Source of the DNA: Amoebophrya sp. A120
Lineage: Eukaryota; Protista; Dinoflagellata
DNA length: 5,749 bases
Assembly: GCA_905178155.1 (NCBI GenBank)
Contig: CAJINV010000004.1
Span: 3,875,117-3,880,865 of the forward strand
Reading direction: 5' to 3'
The first letter of the stretch is position 1, and every line of letters starts with the position of its first letter. The notes beneath the pieces are model-generated. The model was given only the letters and a program-made list of their open reading frames with translations. It searched no databases and was not told the origin of the DNA. The translations under genes and the position numbers were made by a program. Below, piece by piece: positions 1 to 5,749 of this stretch.

Positions 1-2
1 AG

Positions 3-864
3 GACGTGACCATGCGGGAAAAGAAGAAAAAAGCGGTGCTGCGCTGCCACGACCTGCTGCTCCAAAACCAGTTTCACGCCTCGCTGTCGACGCTGATGGG
101 TGTGTATCAAATGCAAAAATGTCTGGGTCTGGAAGAATGCAGCTTGTCATGCTAAATCTGAAGCATGCAAAAATCTGTGTTGCATGATTACCAAAAGTCG
201 CCCAGTTTTGATCAAGTCGGGAGCAGGGAGTTTCTCATGCAGGATAGGCATTAGGGAGATCGCACAGACTCTGTCGTGCTAGGTCCTGCATTCCAGACCT
301 CATGGGTCATCGAAAAGCTGCATGACAAGTCGCGCATTCTTCCTGACCCAGACACTTTTGCATTTGATAGTGTGGAAGTGGGGACCCAGGACACGCCGGC
401 GGTGTACATGAAATTTCTATTGAGAGGAAAAGTCCCCCATCCCCATGTCGAAAAGGCATGCTTTCGAAAATTTGTGTTGCTGATTTGAGACCACAAATCA
501 CGTCTGTCTTGCAAGAAGACAAACGCAGAGGCTTCCGCGCCATTATGGAAGCGATTTGGCATGCTGTTGGGGCTAGAGGGCAGCCGTTTGTAATGCCAAG
601 CACCTAGACCCAAATGTCCCTCCCTAGGCCGCGCATCTGGCTGCGATGCCGTATTGCAAGACAGCGCGCATTTGTGTACACAAGTCCTGCATCACAGATT
701 TCCCATTTGATATGGGGTGGGGGCTTTTTTCATTTTGATAATTTCAGGACGAAACTTTCCACTTTCAGTTCGACCACGACGCCGCACGGGAAAATTTCCG
801 CCGGGCCCTGGCGTTGGTGCTGAACCAAGAGGACGTGGTGTGGGAAAGGACTTTTCAAGTTTGA
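3..864 (+). CDS. 3' part of a split protein-coding gene, join(<3..104,375..417,746..864); hypothetical protein with a PH-fold-like C-terminus
   Basis: Deleting E1 and E2 plus one copy of each 5-bp direct repeat gives one open frame: DVTMREKKKKAVLRCHDLLLQNQFHASLSTLMGV-EVGTQDTPAVYMKF-QDETFHFQFDHDAARENFRRALALVLNQEDVVWERTFQV*, stop TGA 862-864. Third codon positions are mostly G/C. The frame is open from the window edge. The PH-like call rests only on the strand-strand-helix pattern and is inference. Confidence 0.8.
105..369. mobile_element. E1: 265-bp MITE/introner-like TIR element within the gene
   Basis: TIRs 105-152 and 320-369: TATCAAATGCAAAAATGTCTGGGTCTGGAAGAATGC... versus reverse complement TATCAAATGCAAAAGTGTCTGGGTCAGGAAGAATGC.... 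Exact 5-bp direct repeat GTGTG at 100-104 and 370-374. Confidence 0.92.
418..740. mobile_element. E2: 323-bp MITE/introner-like element with degenerate TIRs within the gene
   Basis: Left end TATTGAGAGGAAAAGTCCCCCATCCCCATGTCGAAAAGG versus right-end reverse complement TATCAAAATGAAAAAAGCCCCCACCCCATATCAAATGGG. Further pairing of 468-480 with 689-701. Exact direct repeat ATTTC at 413-417 and 741-745. Removal restores the frame. Confidence 0.85.
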
Positions 865-946
865 GGGTCACGTGGTCCAGCTGTTACGACGAGTAGCTTT
901 TATCATGACAGTATAAAATCAGCACATTGACAATTTAATACGAACG

Positions 947-1303
947 TATCGAAAGTGCAACTACTACCGCTACCGGAATATTCCAATTTTTGAGGGTCGA
1001 AAAAAACAGCTTCTGAGGATCGGAAAAAAGAGCCTCTCAGGGTTGCCGGAATCCTGACGCCAGGCTGCGGATTCGCCCCTGCCGAAAGCCTGACCGCCCT
1101 GCTTCATCATCGTCGTGAATAGCTAGTAAGAACACGCTTCATCTTCAGCTTCGTGTGGTGTTGTACTGCAAGTGCTGGCGCAACATTATAGCTAAGGGTC
1201 TTCGCGATTTGTGAACTAGCTAACCCCTCAGAAAACAGACTAAAAAAAGGCCGAACGTTGGAAGCCAATCCGCCCGGGCCTATCGCTCCCTCTGGCCCCA
1301 CCT
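947..1303 (+). repeat. Left long TIR of E3
   Basis: Aligns to the reverse complement of about 3066-3428, e.g. TCTCAGGGTTGCCGGAATCCyGACGCCAGGCTGCGGAT, TTGTGAACTAGCTAA and GGAAGCCAATCyGCCCGGGmCTATCGCTC. Confidence 0.9.
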
Positions 1304-1973
1304 CAAGGTCGGCGAGGTGCTCGATATCGTCCTCGGGAACAGCTAGCATCTCCTCCAATATCAGCGTGGCCAGTGCTTTCTCGTGGATGGCCCAATCCGC
1401 GAGCTTCGCGTCTCCGAACCGCCGCGCAGTGACGACACTGATCAGCCGGGAGCCTAGTAAGTTTTTACTTTTGCAGCTGTCGAAGAAGATGCTGGGCCGC
1501 CCTCTGGTGTTTGGTGTTGCTCGTCGGGCCTAGTGTCACGGGGCCAGCGGCTTCCTTTTCTGGGGGGATGCGCCGGATTTTCGCCCGACAAAGTCCAGGG
1601 CTGGGGACTCACTCGCAAAGGCTGGAGAGGTGGCGCGTTGGCTGTTAGCTTAGTTCACCTGGTGGCGACTATTATGGCGATCGGGCTCTTGATCGTCGCG
1701 CCGGGGGACGGCCGGCCCACAACCCCGGCCGAAACAATCGCGAGCCCGAACCGACAGAAAAACGAAAGCACAGCGCCAGCATATTTGTGCGGGATTCTGA
1801 TGATATATATACGCATCATCGTCGTCATATTTGTGCACGAATCTGATGAATATACTCGGAAAATAATAAATATATTAATATATTCCGGCCGTCTGACCAG
1901 GCTCGAGTCCGAGCCTCGCCACTTTTCTGGAATTTATTCGCTTTTTGTTGGTTTTTTTGTCGACTTCTGGCCC

Positions 1974-2380
1974 GGTAGTAAAATCGCCAAAATCGCCGAC
2001 ACCATGCGGGCTATCTTTCTACTCCCGACATTTTCAACGAGTGGAAATATTACAGAAATATTAAAAAAGTAATTAACTTAATATATTTATTCCCAAGATA
2101 ATAAATATATTCGCGGGGAATATTTTTTTAATCACGAAAGCCGTCAGCTTTTGCTATGGTTTTGGTCGGTAGTAGAAAGAGAACCACCACGGTGCTGCTG
2201 ATTTTTGCGAATTTGCTACCGATTCAGAAAGTCGACAGAAATACGCCAGAAATCACAACAAGCGCCGGAATATTCGAAAATAATAAAGCTATACCATTTT
2301 TGAATATTTTCCTTCATGGCGCGCGTCGGTAGTAGAAACAGAACCCGCATGGTGTGGACGATTTCGGCGATTTTGCTACC
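1974..2380. repeat. Three copies of a ~56-bp motif in the AT-rich core of E3 (one forward, two inverted)
   Basis: 1974-2029 (GGTAGTAAAATCGCCAAAATCGCCGACACCATGCGGGCTATCTTTCTACTCCCGAC) is the inverted copy of 2165-2220 and 2325-2380. The latter two are direct repeats 160 bp apart. Confidence 0.85.
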
Positions 2381-2437
2381 GAGCCCAAAACCAAAGCCAA
2401 AGCGTGCGACTTTGTTGGTTTTTTTTAAAAAACTGTC

Positions 2438-2470
2438 GCGAGGCTCGTGCACGAGCCTCGCACGAGCCTC
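2438..2470. repeat. Perfect 24-bp palindrome plus an 11-bp tandem duplication
   Basis: GCGAGGCTCGTGCACGAGCCTCGC at 2438-2461. GCACGAGCCTC occurs at 2449-2459 and 2460-2470. A related hairpin AGGCTCG-AGTC-CGAGCCT lies at 1899-1916. Confidence 0.85.
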
Positions 2471-2504
2471 GCGGATATAGTATCTCAATACTTTCGGCAT
2501 ATTT

Positions 2505-2595
2505 CTGGCGAATATAATTCGACCACTTTCGAGCTCGGGCGAGAGCTCTGGCGGATATAATGAATTCGACTACTTTTCGAGTTCGGCCGAGAGCC
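2505..2595 (+). repeat. Imperfect ~45-bp tandem repeat, 2 copies
   Basis: CTGGCGAATATAATTCGACCACTTTCGAGCTCGGGCGAGAGCT (2505-2547) and CTGGCGGATATAATGAATTCGACTACTTTTCGAGTTCGGCCGAGAGCC (2548-2595). Confidence 0.8.
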
Positions 2596-3065
2596 AAAAG
2601 GATATACGTCGCGAAGCGGTTCGCCCACTTTTTGAGCCTCGGCGGGAGCCAAAGCAAACAAGTCACGGCCGAATAGCCGGCCCAAAAGGTCGGCCCGGGA
2701 GCGCCTCTTTGTGGCGACGCGGCCGGCCGATGAAATGAGTGGGGCTGCGTGCCGCAGGGGAGTTGGGTCCCCACCCGGGCCGCCGCGCCATCTGTCTTTC
2801 CTCCTGCTCGTCCTAATCTTCTTGCCCAGGGCCAGAAGACCAGGGCCGCGACGAGCAAAAACTAGTGCTACGGATGGCGCTAGTAGTCAAAAAGCACCGC
2901 TGCCATGCAGCAAGATAGAAGTAAAAGTAAAGCAGTACTGTGCTCCAGCGCCTTCGTCAGCGAAGCTTCTCCAGTTTCCAGCTCGACGGCTTCGCTGTTG
3001 TCGGAAAGCTGGCGCAGCTCGATCTTCCTGATCAGCCGCTTCCTGGCGGCGTCGTACCCTCCGCG

Positions 3066-3428
3066 GAGGTTGGCTGGGACCAGAGCGATAGTCCCGGGCA
3101 GATTGGCTTCCGTCGTTCGACCTTTTTTGCGCTCCTTTTCTGAGGGGTTACTTAGCTAGTTCACAAGTGAAGACTTTAGACCCTAAACCCTAAACCATTT
3201 AGCTATAACGTGCCAGCGCTTGCCGTTCTTCTTGTATATCAAAGGACAACGCACGAAGATGATGATGAAGCAGTGCGGTCTTCAGGCTTTCGGGAGGGTC
3301 GGATCCGCAGCCTGGCGTCGGGATTCCGGCAACCCTGAGAAGCTTTTTTTTTGGATCCTGAGCGGCTGTTTTTTTCGACCCTCAAAAATTTGAATATATC
3401 GGTAGCGGTAGTAGTTGCACTTTCGATA
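3066..3428 (-). repeat. Right long TIR of E3
   Basis: Reverse-complement partner of 947-1303. It differs by indels, including a telomere-type insertion at 3181-3196. Confidence 0.9.
3181..3196 (-). repeat. Short interstitial TTTAGGG-type telomeric repeat (2.3 units)
   Basis: CCCTAAACCCTAAACC, absent from the equivalent position of the left TIR (TATAGCTAAGGGTCTTC). Confidence 0.55.
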
Positions 3429-3621
3429 GAACGCGAACCGATTCACTTTCAAGAGTTTGATTTGATTTCCGTAGCAGAAGCAGCTTTATATATCGTTATC
3501 CGTAGCAATAGGTCGATACATATANGAACGCGAACCGATTCACTTTCAAGAGTTTGATTTGATTTCCGTAGCAGAAGCAGCTTTATATATCGTTATCCGT
3601 AGCAATAGGTCGATACATATA
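3429..3621 (+). other. 96-bp exact duplication around a single N; probable scaffolding artefact
   Basis: 3429-3524 is identical to 3526-3621, separated only by the n at 3525. Confidence 0.8.
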
Positions 3622-4103
3622 GAAGTACTTACTCGAGAAGCAGAGCAGAGGTACTTCCAACGCGAATTATCCCACAATAATTTGTCGTACGCATATGCAG
3701 GGCGAGAAGTATGATTCATGGGCGCCCCACCCTGCTGGTGCCTGCGGTCTCTATCTTCTGCGAATCAGCTGCTACGTGTTCAAGGGATCTGTCGCAGCGT
3801 AATATCGCAGGCTGCAGCAAGGAGCACCTGTCGTACTCTAATGCCTGCTCCGCCACTTTTTCATTGAAATTGTGCAAAAGATCTCTTTGTCAAAAAATCG
3901 TGCTATCACAGCTTTTTCTATCGAAGGTTGCAGTGCTTCGCTGCAGTAGCAGGTGGAGCACCAGTACTAGCTGTAGTGTCACGTGGCCCCGAAGAACCGT
4001 TCAGCCGCTTGGAGATACGAAACTACTCGGAGTCCTCACTGCCACTTGTTACTTTCACGAAACTCCTACATGGAGTCACTTTCAGTAGCATTACCACCAA
4101 TTC

Positions 4104-5413
4104 GTATTCGTACGCAGCTGCGACTGCGAGATCCGGTAGTGGTTTTTGGCCATCCCTTGTCGTCCTATAATCGTTCAAATTTTTCCAGTTTCCAATCGTC
4201 CACTATGTCGTAACCGTAGGCGTTCGCGGTTTCTTCTTTCGTTCACTACACATCTGAGAAGCTGAAATCGTCTTCCGTTACTTACTACAAACATGAAGAC
4301 GTTGATTGCACAAGTTAGGTAGTCATCAAGAACGTTCCATCGTTTTCCAGCATTCGCATTGAAAAAAAAAAAAAATGAATTTCCTACACATCAGGACGCC
4401 CCCCACATGCGTGGCTACGAACAAACTTGGAGTTTATCTTCCGCCACTTTATGTATTTTACACGAGGTCGAGGACCCCTTCGTATAGCCTATTTCGCATT
4501 CATAATTGTTTCATGCGACTAAACAAAACTTGAACGATCGCTATTCTATTTTATCCCTGCTCGACGCACCAGCACTGGTCGTACCGGTAGGCGAAGAACG
4601 TGTGCGTATCTGGACCTGGAGCAAGAAAATGACGACGTTCTTCATGTGCTCACGGTTTACTTGGTTCACCGGTTCCGGTTGTTCCGTGTGGTGGATCGTG
4701 ATCACCGGTTCATTCGTGATCATGATAATCGCGCGCCATCATGGCTTTTCTGATGCTGCGACTGGTACATGATGAGTAGTCCGAAAGTATTCGTGCGCAG
4801 CTACGGGGTGCAACTTAGTTCCGGAGTCTGAATGTCGTGGTTTTCTGGCCGCCCCTTTTCGTCCTCTCGTTCAAATTTTTCGTTCAGTTTCCAATCGTCC
4901 AAAAACGCGAATGTTTCGTAATCGTTCGTGATTTTTCTTCTTCCTTGTTCACTACGTTTCTTAGAAGCTGAAATCTTGTCTGCATTTACTGCGGACGTGA
5001 GTAGATTGATTGCTCACGATGTCAACTAGTTTTTATCAACGTTCCATTTTCTTGTCAGTGACAAGCGCTAGCCTTCGCATTGAAAAAAAAGTTGAATTTT
5101 CTACACATCAGGACGAACCCCCGAGTGGCTACAACTAACTTGGAGTTCAAATTTTACCACTTTGTAGTTTATGTTACACGTTCACGCGGCGGTGTAACCG
5201 TATTTCTATTTTTTTCATCCGGTTAAAGCAAAACTTGAGCAGCTGCTATTCTAAGTAAGTGTTTTATCCCTCTCCGCGTCACTGGTCGTATTAACCGTAG
5301 GCGAAGAACGTAACATCTTGAGCAAAATGACACCCTTCTTCATGTGCTCAACACGGTCTACCAGGTTCACCGGTTGTTTCGTGTGGTGGATCGTGATCAC
5401 CGGTTCATTCGTG
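4104..5413. repeat. Diverged ~690-bp tandem repeat (copy A about 4104-4718, copy B about 4787-5413)
   Basis: Collinear shared blocks GTATTCGTrCGCAGCT, TCGTTCAAATTTTTC, CAGTTTCCAATCGTCCA, AGAAGCTGAAATC, TTCGCATTG(A)n, CTACACATCAGGACG, GTAGGCGAAGAACGT, and 34 identical bp at 4685-4718 and 5380-5413. Confidence 0.9.
4541..5080 (-). pseudogene. Possible decayed minus-strand gene copy in the tandem repeat, product unknown
   Basis: Peptides are conserved between copies (DDWKL(N)EKFER; TNEPVITIHHTxQP...EHMKxxVI), several indels are frame-preserving, and stops lie near 4541 and 5251. The frames are broken by stops and frameshifts, so coding status is uncertain. Confidence 0.35.
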
Positions 5414-5431
5414 TGGCGCGAGGAGGGGACA

Positions 5432-5710
5432 TATCCTGAGTAAAAACGTACCCACACCAGAGTCAGGGTGGGGATTTTGCAACACAACCCTAGGAGTTTG
5501 GTGAGTCATGCATGACAAGTTGCACTATGCAGTGTAGTGCAGGTTAGCAAGTGCAGCCGCATCACAGATTCGTCTGCTCATCCTGTTCACAGCATCACAA
5601 ATTCCAAAACACGATTGGAAATGGCTCTCATGGGGATGCGCATTACAAGTCTTCCTCTCTTTGCAAATCTGCATTACAACTCTGGTGTGGGTACGTTTTT
5701 ACTCAGGATA
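5432..5710. mobile_element. E4: 279-bp MITE/introner-like TIR element
   Basis: Perfect 32-bp TIR TATCCTGAGTAAAAACGTACCCACACCAGAGT at 5432-5463 and 5679-5710. It has the same TATC...GATA ends as E1 and E3 and the same internal motif as E1 and E2. The flanks GGACA and CTCAC do not match. Confidence 0.88.
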
Positions 5711-5749
5711 CTCACGGTCTGCTGGTTATGTCACCAGTTGTTTCGTGTG
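5711..5749. repeat. Partial third copy of the tandem repeat
   Basis: CTCACGGTCTGCTGGTTATGTCACCAGTTGTTTCGTGTG resembles 4649-4690 and 5347-5385. Confidence 0.7.

Larger units (their letters stand above)
947..3428. mobile_element. E3: 2482-bp non-autonomous foldback-like TIR element
   Basis: The terminal 29 bp form a perfect inverted repeat (TATCGAAAGTGCAACTACTACCGCTACCG). Clear inverted similarity continues for about 350 bp, with patchy symmetry further in. Exact direct repeat GAACG at 942-946 and 3429-3433. No long ORF or recognisable transposase motif. Confidence 0.92.

Noticed and set aside
307-603. Minus-strand ORF ending CATCHAAFR, resembling a cytochrome c' CxxCH motif
   Set aside because: The ORF crosses E2, the antisense of exon 2 and the E1 TIR. 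The motif comes from TIR DNA and is frameshifted in the partner TIR.
901-915. TATCATGACAG as the start of a fifth element
   Set aside because: No matching inverted end or GCTTT duplication was found in the window.
1219-1231. Branch point plus acceptor-like GCTAACCCCTCAG
   Set aside because: It lies within the TIR, is altered in the other arm, and no convincing + strand exon follows.
1533-2500. ORFs 1533-2072(+) and 2216-2500(-) sharing GSKIAxIxxTMRxxFLLPT
   Set aside because: The shared peptide is the translation of the DNA inverted repeat. Composition swings from GC-rich to AT-rich and no domain is recognisable.
1974-2595. Spaced repeats as a possible CRISPR array or prokaryotic IS
   Set aside because: The copies are few, degenerate and in mixed orientation, with no regular unique spacers, cas genes or transposase.
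3429-3621. Perfect 96-bp tandem duplication next to E3
   Set aside because: The copies are identical and separated by a single N, typical of unmerged overlapping contig ends. It is not treated as biological without read support.
2376-4213. Overlapping ORFs such as 2376-2858, 2711-3031, 2905-3159, 3711-4088, 3928-4170 and 3983-4213
   Set aside because: They are short, mutually overlapping, rich in Ser/Arg/Pro/Cys and motif-free, as expected of antisense shadows or GC-rich chance ORFs.
5501-5516. Overlapping GCN4-like TGAGTCA and RY CATGCATG motifs, palindrome GTCATGCATGAC
   Set aside because: These short motifs lie inside E4 and overlap the element's own 9-bp motif. There is no promoter context.

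Overview
Eukaryotic-looking DNA (about 50% GC, no operon structure) dominated by four terminal-inverted-repeat (TIR) elements that all start TAT(C/T) and end GATA: E1 105-369, E2 418-740, E3 947-3428 and E4 5432-5710. E1, E2 and E3 are each flanked by a different exact 5-bp direct repeat (GTGTG, ATTTC, GAACG). E1 and E2 interrupt a + strand gene. Removing each with one copy of its direct repeat rebuilds one stop-free frame (3-104, 375-417, 746-864; 87 aa, PH-fold-like C-terminus), so they look like transposon-derived, introner-like non-canonical introns similar to those described in the dinoflagellate parasite Amoebophrya (host identity is inference). E3 is a 2.48-kb degenerate palindrome with no transposase. 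The right end holds a diverged ~690-bp tandem repeat with decayed minus-strand ORFs. Most ORFs in the supplied track appear spurious. All alignments were done by eye.
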